IMG/VR virus record: IMGVR_UViG_3300025012_000008
Source of the DNA: an uncultured virus (IMG/VR IMGVR_UViG_3300025012_000008)
Taxonomy: Duplodnaviria; Heunggongvirae; Uroviricota; Caudoviricetes
Reading direction: 5' to 3' (one strand)
Length of the DNA: 64,000 nt
Below the pieces are notes generated by a model. The model worked only from the letters and a program-made list of their open reading frames with translations, had not been told where the DNA came from and did no database searches. Positions 24,943 to 34,633 of the stretch are shown here, piece by piece. Positions within the stretch are counted from its first letter, which is position 1. Each line of letters opens with the position of its first letter. Position numbers and translations under genes: made by a program.

Positions 24943-26604
24943 ATGACAAGTATTGCTCCAAATATATGGCCACCTAATTACGTGGCTCAATTTGTTTCCC
25001 GATACAATAGGGTGAAACAAATGAAGGAGAATCCTGTTTTGATTGTTGGGGCAAAAGAATATTATTCACATCCTGAAAACTGGGTAGAGTTTATTGAACA
25101 TTGGATGGTTACGAGTGATCCAAGGAACAGAAAATATAAAGATAAACCAATCATTACTCCATTTATTTTATTTCCAAAACAAAAAGAATTTGTTCAATTT
25201 ATAATCGGGTGTTGGCTTGATGGCGAATCAGGATTGATTGAAAAAAGTAGGGATATGGGGGCAACATGGTTATCGTGTTGCATTTCGGTTTGTATGTGGC
25301 TGTTTGTTGAAGGATCTTCGATTGGTTGGGGATCAAGAGGGAGCGACCTTGTAGATAATATCGGCGATCCATCTTCGATATTTGAAAAAATGAGAATATT
25401 GATTAGATATTTACCAAAATTCTTTTTACCAATTGGTTTTTCAGAAAGAAACCATTCACACTCAATGAGGCTTGTCAATCCTGAGAATGGATCAACAATA
25501 ACCGGAGAGATTGGAGATAATATTGGTCGTGGGGGGAGAACATCAATTTATTTTAAAGATGAATCCGCACATTATCAACATCCAGAAATGATTGAAGCCG
25601 CTCTTGGGGATAATACTGATGTTCAAATTGATATGTCTTCCGTAAATGGAACTGCTAATGTTTTTGCTCGTAAGCGGTTTGCAGGAGAAGTTTGGTTGCC
25701 GGGAAAAAAAATTGAATCTGGAATGACTAGAGTATTTATTTTAGATTGGAGAGACCATCCAGAAAAAACCCAAGAATGGCATGATAAAAGATATGCGAAA
25801 TATGAAAGAGAGGGCTTATTACGTTTATTTTCCCAGGAGGTTTTAAGGGATTATTCAGCAGCTGTAGAGGGTATTCTCATCCCCGCGCAATGGGTACAGT
25901 CTGCTGTTGATCTCGACAAGAGATTTCCGAAATTTGCTGCTTTGATGAGACAGGGACAGATATTTTCTGGGTTGGATGTAGCTGATGAAGGTGGGGATCT
26001 TAATTCACAAGCAGATCGAAAGGGAATTACATTAATTGGTCTTGATAAGTGGGCGCAAGGAGATACGGGAGAAACAGCAAACAAAGCGGTAATGAGATGT
26101 AAAATAATAAGAGCATCCGAATTATTTTACGATTGTGTTGGGGTTGGTAGCGGAGTAAAAGCAGAAACAAATCGATTAAAAAGAGAAAATCTATTGCCAG
26201 CAAATTTGAAAATTACTCCTTGGAATGGGGGTGACTCTGTATTGAATCCTGATGGCCATTCTATTCCCGATGACAATGAAAGCCCTTTAAATAAAGATTT
26301 ATACAAGAATTTGAAAGCACAAGGATGGTGGAATTTAAGAACAAGATTTGAAAAGACATGGCGATTTGTTACAAAAGGAACACAATATCCTATGTCTGAA
26401 TTGATAAATATACCATCCGATATTTTACATTTCAACGAATTGATAGCAGAACTGAGTCAACCGACATATGGATCAACTACAGACGGGAAAATAATTGTAG
26501 ACAAGAAACCTGATGGAACAAGAAGTCCTAATTTAGCTGACTCTGTTAATATTGTATATTGGCCATGGACAGCAAATAAACAAGCAGGAGTATGGGGCAA
26601 ATGA
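24943..26604 (+). CDS. terL: terminase large subunit
   Basis: KSRDMGATW (Walker A), YFKDESAH (Walker B), GLDVADEGGD nuclease motif, SPNLADS. Confidence 0.92.
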   Translation: MTSIAPNIWPPNYVAQFVSRYNRVKQMKENPVLIVGAKEYYSHPENWVEFIEHWMVTSDPRNRKYKDKPIITPFILFPKQKEFVQFIIGCWLDGESGLIEKSRDMGATWLSCCISVCMWLFVEGSSIGWGSRGSDLVDNIGDPSSIFEKMRILIRYLPKFFLPIGFSERNHSHSMRLVNPENGSTITGEIGDNIGRGGRTSIYFKDESAHYQHPEMIEAALGDNTDVQIDMSSVNGTANVFARKRFAGEVWLPGKKIESGMTRVFILDWRDHPEKTQEWHDKRYAKYEREGLLRLFSQEVLRDYSAAVEGILIPAQWVQSAVDLDKRFPKFAALMRQGQIFSGLDVADEGGDLNSQADRKGITLIGLDKWAQGDTGETANKAVMRCKIIRASELFYDCVGVGSGVKAETNRLKRENLLPANLKITPWNGGDSVLNPDGHSIPDDNESPLNKDLYKNLKAQGWWNLRTRFEKTWRFVTKGTQYPMSELINIPSDILHFNELIAELSQPTYGSTTDGKIIVDKKPDGTRSPNLADSVNIVYWPWTANKQAGVWGK

Positions 26605-28043
26605 AAAGAACGAAAGGCGTGCAATTATCTTCTGCTGAAAAAGACGAACAGCTCAGGCGAAATATGCTGTTTCGGATATTGTCAACTAGCATATTGGGAT
26701 CGAGAACAACCTATGGCGGGACTCAAACTTTTGATGGGTTAAGAGATGTTTCATCTGCTCTTGGATATCCTCTTTTGGATGGGATTAAATACGCTGACTA
26801 CTATTACCGCTTCCGTAGGCAAGATGTTGCAAACGTAATTATCACAAAACCCGTAGAATCGAGCTGGGAGCGATTTCCAGTGTTACATGCATGGGAAGAC
26901 GAGGAAGACATTTTCCGTTATGCATGGGACGATTTTGAAAAGAAGAATCGAATCTATTCTATTTTGCAACGGGCCGACGTGATATCAGGAATAGGGAGAT
27001 ACGGGGTTGTATTGTTGGGTTTAAATGATGGTGCTGATTCATTTGCTATTCCAGTAATGTCAGCAACGGAACTTTTATATCTTCAACCGTTCTCCGAGGA
27101 CAATGCAACAATAAAAAGTTTTGTGATAGACAAAAACAATCCCCGTTTTGGTCAACCTGAATACTATTCTTTGAAACTGAACGACAATCCTGGACTGACT
27201 GGAGTAGCAACATTTGAAACTATCGTTCATCATTCTCGAATTATTCATATTACCGACAATCTGGTTGAATCAAATATATATGGAATGCCAAGATTGGAAA
27301 AAGCATTTAACAGACTTTTGAATCTTGAACTGATCGTTGGCGGCTCTGCTGAAATGTTTTGGCAAGGAGCATTTCCTGGTTTAGCATTTCAGACAAAAGA
27401 CGGATTTACAATGTCTGCTACTCAATTAACTGATTTACAGGAAGAGGTAAAGAATTACGTGCATCAGATGGAAAGGTATATGCGGTTGCAGGGAATGGAT
27501 GTAAAGAGCCTTGCTCCTGCTGTTGCTGATCCTTCCAATCACGTTGATGTTCAAATGAAGATGATTTCAATTGCAACTGGAATCCCGAAAAGAATATTAG
27601 AAGGAAGTGAAAGAGGCGAATTGTCTTCTGATCAGGATTCACAGAATTGGGCAAAGAAGTGCGACAATAGGCGGAAAACATATATTGAACCTTTTATTCT
27701 CAGGACTTTGATCGATAGATTGAATGAGTTAGGAATATTTAAAACCCCTGACAATGGATATACAGTAGAGTGGCCTGACCTTCAAGATCCAAGCGAGAAA
27801 GACAGAGCTGAAGTGGGAAGGATAAGATCGGAAGCAATTAGCAAATATACCTCTTCTCCTGATGCCCAATTGATTCTTTCTTTCGAGTCGTTTCTGGAAG
27901 AGATAATGGAATTGGCTCCTGATAAAGTTGAAAGGATTATGGAAGAAGCATCAAAGATTGTTCCTTCTGAGCCTGATGGAACCGGGGATGACGAGATTGA
28001 AGTCTTGGAACAAAAATCTCTTTTAAAATTAGAGAAAAAATAG
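26601..28043 (+). CDS. portal protein (DUF1073-like); start probably ATG 26601
   Basis: Follows TerL with ATGA overlap; PRFGQPEYY, VHHSRII, ATGIPKRILEG, YTVEWPDL. Confidence 0.88.
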   Translation: MKRTKGVQLSSAEKDEQLRRNMLFRILSTSILGSRTTYGGTQTFDGLRDVSSALGYPLLDGIKYADYYYRFRRQDVANVIITKPVESSWERFPVLHAWEDEEDIFRYAWDDFEKKNRIYSILQRADVISGIGRYGVVLLGLNDGADSFAIPVMSATELLYLQPFSEDNATIKSFVIDKNNPRFGQPEYYSLKLNDNPGLTGVATFETIVHHSRIIHITDNLVESNIYGMPRLEKAFNRLLNLELIVGGSAEMFWQGAFPGLAFQTKDGFTMSATQLTDLQEEVKNYVHQMERYMRLQGMDVKSLAPAVADPSNHVDVQMKMISIATGIPKRILEGSERGELSSDQDSQNWAKKCDNRRKTYIEPFILRTLIDRLNELGIFKTPDNGYTVEWPDLQDPSEKDRAEVGRIRSEAISKYTSSPDAQLILSFESFLEEIMELAPDKVERIMEEASKIVPSEPDGTGDDEIEVLEQKSLLKLEKK

Positions 28044-28141
28044 AGAGATGAGAGATAATTACTCGTTAAGAAAAATAATCGCAGGAATCGAAGATTTGAA
28101 AGATAGAAATCGATTTTAGAACCTAGTTAAAGGAGAAGAAA

Positions 28142-28420
28142 ATGCCGAATCCGTTTATTACAATAGATGAAACAATTATTCGAGAAAAAATACCAGTGTT
28201 TGCCCCGAAGAAAATCGTTGAGGTATCTTTAGGAGAAGAGTGGATTCCAGATACGGGGGATGTTGCATTTTATTCATCAGAGGATACAACTATTACATTT
28301 GGGGATGGAGACTCGACTTCAACTTATGTAAATTTATTGCAAGGACAGGTTTTGGGAATTAGAAAAGATGTTTCTGTTTCATTTACTTTTTCAACAAATG
28401 TTACTTTGTTGGTGATGTAA
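28142..28420 (+). CDS. hypothetical virion-associated protein
   Basis: AAGGAG RBS; beta-rich 92 aa. Confidence 0.6.
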   Translation: MPNPFITIDETIIREKIPVFAPKKIVEVSLGEEWIPDTGDVAFYSSEDTTITFGDGDSTSTYVNLLQGQVLGIRKDVSVSFTFSTNVTLLVM

Positions 28421-28836
28421 TGGATTTATCTTTGAACGGAATAGGAAAGGGAAATTTGTTAACTCTCCCCCGCACCAACCTCATAATGCTGATCCGAAAA
28501 ATCGGTGATGTGCTAACGCCGGATTGTATCGGCTTATTAATCACCCGCGATCAGGTTGACGAGTCGTTTGCCGATATCTTTTTCAACGGTGCAGCCAAGC
28601 GAGCCGACGCCGATAGCGTAACACTGGCTCTTGCCTCCGATGACCTAAATACAGCCGGTGGAACTCTATATGGGTCTGCTAACTTCGGCATAGCCCTTTA
28701 TGCGATAGGTTCGCAGCCGGTCGAAGCATCTGAGCGCAGGTTGTGGAGAAAAATATTCGGCACGCAATTCGAGCCTTTTTATGTGGACGGTGTTGTTTTA
28801 CAGGTTGACGGAAACTCAATATATTTGGAGACTTAA
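28420..28836 (+). CDS. hypothetical protein
   Basis: TAATG coupling; base composition becomes GC-richer inside the gene. Confidence 0.6.
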   Translation: MDLSLNGIGKGNLLTLPRTNLIMLIRKIGDVLTPDCIGLLITRDQVDESFADIFFNGAAKRADADSVTLALASDDLNTAGGTLYGSANFGIALYAIGSQPVEASERRLWRKIFGTQFEPFYVDGVVLQVDGNSIYLET

Positions 28837-28838
28837 AT

Positions 28839-30380
28839 ATGGGAAATATTATCACTTCCGCGTCTGCTAAATCACCTGTCGGCGCTAAATTGTATGGTCA
28901 GGACGCGCTTGGAAACCATGGGTGGATGCCCCCAGAATCAGTGGCGGCTAACAATCGGCGGGGAAACACCGTGGTCCTATTGGGGGATTCCCTTACATCG
29001 CGATCAAATTACCCGATGAGCATCACTTCAATAACCAGTTCAGGGACAACAGCCACAGTGAATGCTCCTTCTCACGGTTTGGCAACTGGTGATTTTGCCA
29101 CAATTAATGGGGCAACGCAGACAGAATACAACGGCGACTACTATATCACAAAAATCGATACGAATAATTTTTCTTACACTTTTGCCGGATCAGCCACCAG
29201 CCCAGCAACTGGCAATATTACCGGCATCACGCAGTCATCTCTGATGACCTTGGGTATGTTTTGCTGGATGAACGCGACCCTTAACGGTGCGCTCAGATTA
29301 CTTGCCAACTATGGGCAGTCAGGGGCTTCAGCCGACGACGTGTATTCGATGGTTGACAGGGCGCTTGTCCATCGTCCTGCTATTGTTTTTGTTTTGGCGG
29401 GAATCAACTCCCTTACGGGAGGACTTTCTGTGGATAGTATTTATTTGTCCATCGCCAACGCATGTGACAAGTTGCGTAATAATGGTGTGTATGTGGCGAT
29501 TCAGACAGTTACACCTCTCGGTTCAGGGCACGCATCAAACGCCTCGCTTTACCCAAAAATATGTGCACTCAATAGTAAACTCAAACATTACACACAGGTA
29601 AATAGAGGAACAGTGCTGATAGACGCCTATAATGCTCTCGTCGATCCGCTATCAACTTCTGGAGCGGCGATGGCTGGCGTTTTGCAGTCTGACAATCTAC
29701 ACTGGGCGCAAGTTGGGGCAAAATTGGTGGGGGCGGCGGCGGCGGCTGCAATATCATGGATCGTAGGAAATACCTCGAAAACACTATGTATTTCTGCCGC
29801 TGATATCTACCATGCCGCCAACCCTAAGGCGTTGCTTGATAACCCGTTTTTTCTCGGCACAGGCGGGGCACTGCAAAGCGGGGCTACCGGCACTGTGGCT
29901 ACTGGATGGACGTGCTACGGACTGGGGAGCGCTGATACCATAGTCGCCGGGACCGGCGGCACTCCTGGTGCGGCAAGGAGTGACGGATACGGCAACGACC
30001 AGTTAATGACGGTTACATCAACGGCGTTGGCAGATGGTGTGCTATTATACAGTGGAGATTTAAGCGCGAGGGTGTCGCCCGGCGATTTCTGTTACGCTGA
30101 GGCTGATGTAAGTGCCGCCGATCTATCTGCGTGTATAGGTTACTATATTAGAGCCAGCATGACAAACACCGATGGATCAATATTTTACTCTACGGCTCCG
30201 ATGGTTCCGGCATTAGGTGATTTTGATCAAGCCGATTGGAGCGGAGTATTGAAAACTCCTATTTTCAAAATACCTAGTGGCGGCATCACGGCGATGGCTT
30301 TCCAGTTTCGCGCTCTTTTCTCCGAAGCAGGTGGAGGAGTCTTTAAAATAGGTCGGGCACAAATTCGCAAAGTTGACTGA
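28839..30380 (+). CDS. SGNH/GDSL hydrolase with inserted beta-barrel and C-terminal carbohydrate-binding-like domain
   Basis: LLGDSLT (block I), NYGQSGA (II), LAGINSL (III), DNLHW (V); inserted ATV..PSHGLATGDFATINGA..YNG.Y.IT segment typical of phage fibre proteins. Confidence 0.8.
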   Translation: MGNIITSASAKSPVGAKLYGQDALGNHGWMPPESVAANNRRGNTVVLLGDSLTSRSNYPMSITSITSSGTTATVNAPSHGLATGDFATINGATQTEYNGDYYITKIDTNNFSYTFAGSATSPATGNITGITQSSLMTLGMFCWMNATLNGALRLLANYGQSGASADDVYSMVDRALVHRPAIVFVLAGINSLTGGLSVDSIYLSIANACDKLRNNGVYVAIQTVTPLGSGHASNASLYPKICALNSKLKHYTQVNRGTVLIDAYNALVDPLSTSGAAMAGVLQSDNLHWAQVGAKLVGAAAAAAISWIVGNTSKTLCISAADIYHAANPKALLDNPFFLGTGGALQSGATGTVATGWTCYGLGSADTIVAGTGGTPGAARSDGYGNDQLMTVTSTALADGVLLYSGDLSARVSPGDFCYAEADVSAADLSACIGYYIRASMTNTDGSIFYSTAPMVPALGDFDQADWSGVLKTPIFKIPSGGITAMAFQFRALFSEAGGGVFKIGRAQIRKVD

Positions 30381-30430
30381 TTAGAAACTACTATCGAGAT
30401 TTTGACTGACAAATTTAAGAGTTTAAAATT

Positions 30431-30532
30431 ATGAAAATATACCTGCTCGCAGCAGCCTGCGTAATCATACTGCTCCTGGCAGATGCCGGGGCCTGGGCGC
30501 TGTTCAATACACTGACATTATACATGAGGTAA
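30431..30532 (+). CDS. short hydrophobic peptide (33 aa)
   Basis: Manual translation MKIYLLAAACVIILLLADAGAWALFNTLTLYMR fills the gap before the lipoprotein. Confidence 0.4.
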   Translation: MKIYLLAAACVIILLLADAGAWALFNTLTLYMR

Positions 30533-30533
30533 C

Positions 30534-31334
30534 GTGATGAAAAAAATGTTCCTTCCCCTCCTCTTGATTCTCGCCGCTCTCTTATTTTCAGGGTGCGGCA
30601 GCAAGCGAACATTCAACACCGAATTTGGCGCTCTGACAACCGAGCAAGTTGGCATGAATCGCAATGACGCATGGGCCAAAGTGCAGACCAAGAAAGCGGA
30701 AGCGGCAATCGAGTGGCTGAAAAAGAACCAGGAAGAGACACGGCTCAAAGTTGCCGAGATGCAGAGTGTAAAGGTCACTCTCGACACGCCCGAAAAGATC
30801 ATGGCGTACACGAACGCACAGTTGACAAAATCCCTGGGCGATGCTGTCGTCGCCCTCGCCAACCGTGACAAGCCGAGCGAACTGGAATTTCTCAAATCTG
30901 ATCCGTTGCCGAAAAGCGAATTTGCCGAAGGGGTCGAGGCTGTCGGCGGTGTCATTCTTGGCGTGGCTTCTTCCCCGGTCGGAGTGGCGTCCTCTGTTGG
31001 GTATTTCGTGGGGTCAACTGCTCGGGGAATTGCAAAAGGCAACGGAGATCACAATACCACATACGGGGATGATTCCGCGATCAATCAGAATAAGGCCACG
31101 GCTAGCAAGTCGTCTACTGCTACGGTGGGCGGCGGTTCGGCTGGCGAGGAAGAAACAGGGCTGACCGAAGTTAACCCCATTCACTGGAATGAGTGTTCGA
31201 CGTCTCCAGGCGGAACGCCGACAAGCGCCGAAATCAACGATTGTATGATAGGGTACGGTTACGCCAGCACTGAGTGCAACGGCGGAATCTGCCTCGATGG
31301 TCAGCCCTACAACGGGCCGGCAGTGGTAAAATGA
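30534..31334 (+). CDS. lipoprotein
   Basis: MKKMFLPLLLILAALLFSGC signal peptide with lipobox; Cys-containing C-terminal domain. Confidence 0.75.
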   Translation: MMKKMFLPLLLILAALLFSGCGSKRTFNTEFGALTTEQVGMNRNDAWAKVQTKKAEAAIEWLKKNQEETRLKVAEMQSVKVTLDTPEKIMAYTNAQLTKSLGDAVVALANRDKPSELEFLKSDPLPKSEFAEGVEAVGGVILGVASSPVGVASSVGYFVGSTARGIAKGNGDHNTTYGDDSAINQNKATASKSSTATVGGGSAGEEETGLTEVNPIHWNECSTSPGGTPTSAEINDCMIGYGYASTECNGGICLDGQPYNGPAVVK

Positions 31335-31558
31335 TCTATCTAATCGCCGCAGCCATAACCGTCATCGGCGGGATCTCCTACGCCGGTTGGCAACATGGTT
31401 TCTGGGGGTGCCAGGTTGAGCAATACCTTTTCGGCGGGCTCGGCGGCGCTGCGGATTATGGTTCGGCTGCGGGTCTCGGCTGTTCGACTTCGACTCTTCC
31501 GCCCTCGACTACGGGCACGTTTATCGGGTCTGGGTGCGGAGGCATATTAAAAATATGA
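31331..31558 (+). CDS. small membrane-anchored protein; start re-called at ATG 31331
   Basis: ATGA overlaps at both ends; hydrophobic N-terminus MIYLIAAAITVIGG. Confidence 0.5.
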   Translation: MIYLIAAAITVIGGISYAGWQHGFWGCQVEQYLFGGLGGAADYGSAAGLGCSTSTLPPSTTGTFIGSGCGGILKI

Positions 31559-32562
31559 GCAATCAAATGGGTAAAACTTTCTTTTTCATCAATTCAATCG
31601 ACCCTACCCGGACAATTACCATTCGCCAGCGGTTTGTTGCGTCGATGAAATCTCGTTTTGTCCAGTTAATGAAGGAAATAAAAGATGCTATTGTTGATCT
31701 TGATGTATTCGCCATTGCCGATTCAAATAGGTTGATGTTTAATGCGGCTGGACTATCGGCCAGACAATTCAATTTTCCCCGATCAGATCAAAAGATTGAG
31801 GCATTCATAAAGTGGCTGCAAGGAAAGAACAAGGAATATATTCTGAATGGAAAACAAACAGGAATTAGAATCGTAAAAGATTCATTGTTGTCTTCTCCGA
31901 CAGAAGCACGAGACAGCTGGATGAAAACATATATTGACTCAGCTTATCAGCAAGGAATAAGAAGAGCAAGACAGGAGTTGAGGAAAAGCGGGATTGAAAT
32001 TGATGAAGGACAGTTAGGCGGAGAACCAATTCAAGTTGCTTTCAATTCAATGGTTCATGCAGATAGAGTTGGATTGATATATACCAGGGCTTATTCCTCC
32101 TTACAATCAATTACAACCGAAATGGAATCTGCTGTCTCGGATGTGTTAGCGATGGGGATGGCTGATGGAAAACATCCCAGAGAAATAGCAAGATTGCTAG
32201 AGAAAACAATAACAGGGCGGGGAGAAAGCCTTGAGATAGTAGATAGGTTGGGAAGAAAGATCGACAGCCTGAGAAGGGCAGAGATATTGGCCAGGACAGA
32301 AACAATAAGAGCACATCATTCAGCAAATATAGGGGAATATAGGGCAGCAGGATTGATGGGAATAAAAGTCCAGGTTGAATATTTGACTGCTGGGGACGAT
32401 AGGGTGTGTTCGAGATGTGCCTCATTAAACGGAAAGATTTATACAATTGATGAAGCTGAAAATTTAATTCCTGTTCATCCTCAATGCAGATGTGTTGCTT
32501 TACCATATATTCCAAAAGATAGAATATTTCCAGATTTTTCAGAAACAGGAGAACAACAATGA
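31555..32562 (+). CDS. head morphogenesis protein (SPP1 gp7 / Mu gpF-like)
   Basis: RAEILARTET, TAGDDRVCSRC, PVHPQCRC. Confidence 0.9.
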   Translation: MSNQMGKTFFFINSIDPTRTITIRQRFVASMKSRFVQLMKEIKDAIVDLDVFAIADSNRLMFNAAGLSARQFNFPRSDQKIEAFIKWLQGKNKEYILNGKQTGIRIVKDSLLSSPTEARDSWMKTYIDSAYQQGIRRARQELRKSGIEIDEGQLGGEPIQVAFNSMVHADRVGLIYTRAYSSLQSITTEMESAVSDVLAMGMADGKHPREIARLLEKTITGRGESLEIVDRLGRKIDSLRRAEILARTETIRAHHSANIGEYRAAGLMGIKVQVEYLTAGDDRVCSRCASLNGKIYTIDEAENLIPVHPQCRCVALPYIPKDRIFPDFSETGEQQ

Positions 32563-34052
32563 AAGAAATGAAATTGATGTTGAGCAAAGGAGAGGAGATA
32601 AATGTTGCTTTCCGGGCAAGAAAGCAAGGCGGAGTCGATTATCGAATATATCCATGTGTGTTACTTGCAGAAGGGGTACATCACGGTTCTGGTTCTGAAC
32701 CCGTATATTATCCCCCCGCTGTTATTCAAGCGAGCGTTTCGGCCTGGAATAACATGCCTGTAACTATCGGACATCCGGTAAATCAAATCGGGGAATATAT
32801 CCTTTGCAATAACGATGGAACTATTCGCGCACAGTGGGAAGTGGGTGTTATTAAAAACGCAAGATTTGAAGATAATAAACTCAAAGCTGATCTTTGGATA
32901 AATGTTGCAAGAGCAAATACAACCAATCCACAATTACTTCCGTTTTTACAGAATGGTGGACAACTGGATGTATCCACCGGTTTGTTAGCGATGGAAGATG
33001 GGGTTGAAGGAACGTGGAACAGTGAAACATTTTCAGCGAGCATTACTGAAATAATTCCAGACCATCTTGCTTTACTTCCTAATCAGAAAGGGGCTTGCGG
33101 ATGGGACGATGGTTGTGGAATAAGGGCAAATAGTACTGATAATCAAAAACCAAATCCTGTTTATATTCAGAACGAACAGGAGATGGGCACAAAAATGGAT
33201 AAAATTCGTCGCTACGTTGACGGATTAGATATCAGGGATAAGCAACAAGAACGCATGACCAGAGTAAATTACCTTCGGGCTGTTTACTCTGATTATTTTA
33301 TATATTGGCAAGAACAGAGACCGACAGAACAATCAAATACATCAGCACTATTGAAACAAGGATATGAATTTGATACATCGGGCAATATTATTCTGAATGG
33401 TGAACCAGTTGAAGTAATTGAGGAAATAACTTACCGGCAAAAAGCCGTAACAGCAAACAAATCAATAAAGGAGAATGGAAAAATGAAATGTAAAGATGCA
33501 ACAACTCCTACACAAAAAGCAAAGTGTGGGGAAATGATGACGAATGCTCTTATCGAGAATGAGAAAACAGCATTCGTGGAAGCTGATCGGGAATGGCTTC
33601 TTTCGATGAACTCTCAACAGTTGGAAAAATTGGTTGCTAATATGGGACCGGAAGAAGAGGAGAAAAAGGAAATCGTGAAAACGAATACAGCTGTACAAGA
33701 AACAGGAACAGTTGTCATTCAAAAAACACCGGCAGAAATCCTCAATCAGTATTTGGTCGATGCTCCCGCCCCTATCCGTTCCGTGCTCAATGCGGGAATG
33801 CGAGAATTGGATCGAAAACGTGGGGAAATGATCGGTCAGATCAAAGCGAACGAGCGGAATAAGTTCAGTGACGATCAGTTAAAAGAGATGGAACTGTCTG
33901 TACTCGAATCCATCGTTTCTTTACTTCCTGTTTCTGCTGCAAATAATTATTCCGGGTTATCCCCCGCACAGACCCAAATGCTGAATGTAGACGAAGGCGA
34001 AGAGCCTTATGTGCCAATGACTCTTTCTGAGAGTTTGGGCCAAAAGAAGTAA
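32559..34052 (+). CDS. prohead protease/scaffold (DUF2213-like)
   Basis: WNNMPVTIGHP, DVSTG, PDHLALLP..GAC..DGCG; charged helical C-terminus. Confidence 0.8.
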   Translation: MKEMKLMLSKGEEINVAFRARKQGGVDYRIYPCVLLAEGVHHGSGSEPVYYPPAVIQASVSAWNNMPVTIGHPVNQIGEYILCNNDGTIRAQWEVGVIKNARFEDNKLKADLWINVARANTTNPQLLPFLQNGGQLDVSTGLLAMEDGVEGTWNSETFSASITEIIPDHLALLPNQKGACGWDDGCGIRANSTDNQKPNPVYIQNEQEMGTKMDKIRRYVDGLDIRDKQQERMTRVNYLRAVYSDYFIYWQEQRPTEQSNTSALLKQGYEFDTSGNIILNGEPVEVIEEITYRQKAVTANKSIKENGKMKCKDATTPTQKAKCGEMMTNALIENEKTAFVEADREWLLSMNSQQLEKLVANMGPEEEEKKEIVKTNTAVQETGTVVIQKTPAEILNQYLVDAPAPIRSVLNAGMRELDRKRGEMIGQIKANERNKFSDDQLKEMELSVLESIVSLLPVSAANNYSGLSPAQTQMLNVDEGEEPYVPMTLSESLGQKK

Positions 34053-34101
34053 TCGAAGTTTGATTTGAAACAAAAACAATAAACGAAAAAGGAGAATAAA
34101 A

Positions 34102-34587
34102 ATGGCTTCGACTACACCGAAAACGATTGTTCTTTCTGGATTGGGAATCAGAAAAGAGGCAATTGCAAACGCAACAATCACTCCGGGGCATCTTATTGAA
34201 AAGATGAGTACCGGAAAAGTCCGTGTTCATGCGACTGCCGGGGGGAATGCACAGCGAATGTTCGCAGTCGAGGATGATCTTCAAGGCAATACCATCTCTG
34301 ACGACTATGCTGCTGCATCGATTTGTCAATATAATGTCATGGCCCGTGGTGAAGAGGTACTGGTTATCATTGCCGATGGTCAAACTATTGTTATTGGGGA
34401 TTCTCTCGAATCAGCAGGCGACGGGACATTGAAAAAGCATGTACCTGATGTTGACGACAATGATTCTGCTGATTCCACCACCATTTACACCGAGTGCATC
34501 GTAGCTTATGCTATGGAGGCAATTGACCTGAGTGATTCTTCCGGAGCTGATCCGGCGTTCTCAAGGATAGCGGCAGAAGTCGCATAA
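34102..34587 (+). CDS. capsid decoration/cement protein
   Basis: Between protease and MCP; ITPGHLI, IVIGDSLESAGDGTL. Confidence 0.7.
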   Translation: MASTTPKTIVLSGLGIRKEAIANATITPGHLIEKMSTGKVRVHATAGGNAQRMFAVEDDLQGNTISDDYAAASICQYNVMARGEEVLVIIADGQTIVIGDSLESAGDGTLKKHVPDVDDNDSADSTTIYTECIVAYAMEAIDLSDSSGADPAFSRIAAEVA

Positions 34588-34633
34588 GAAAAGCAACCGT
34601 TTCAATTTAAAAATAGTTAGGAGGAAGAAACAA

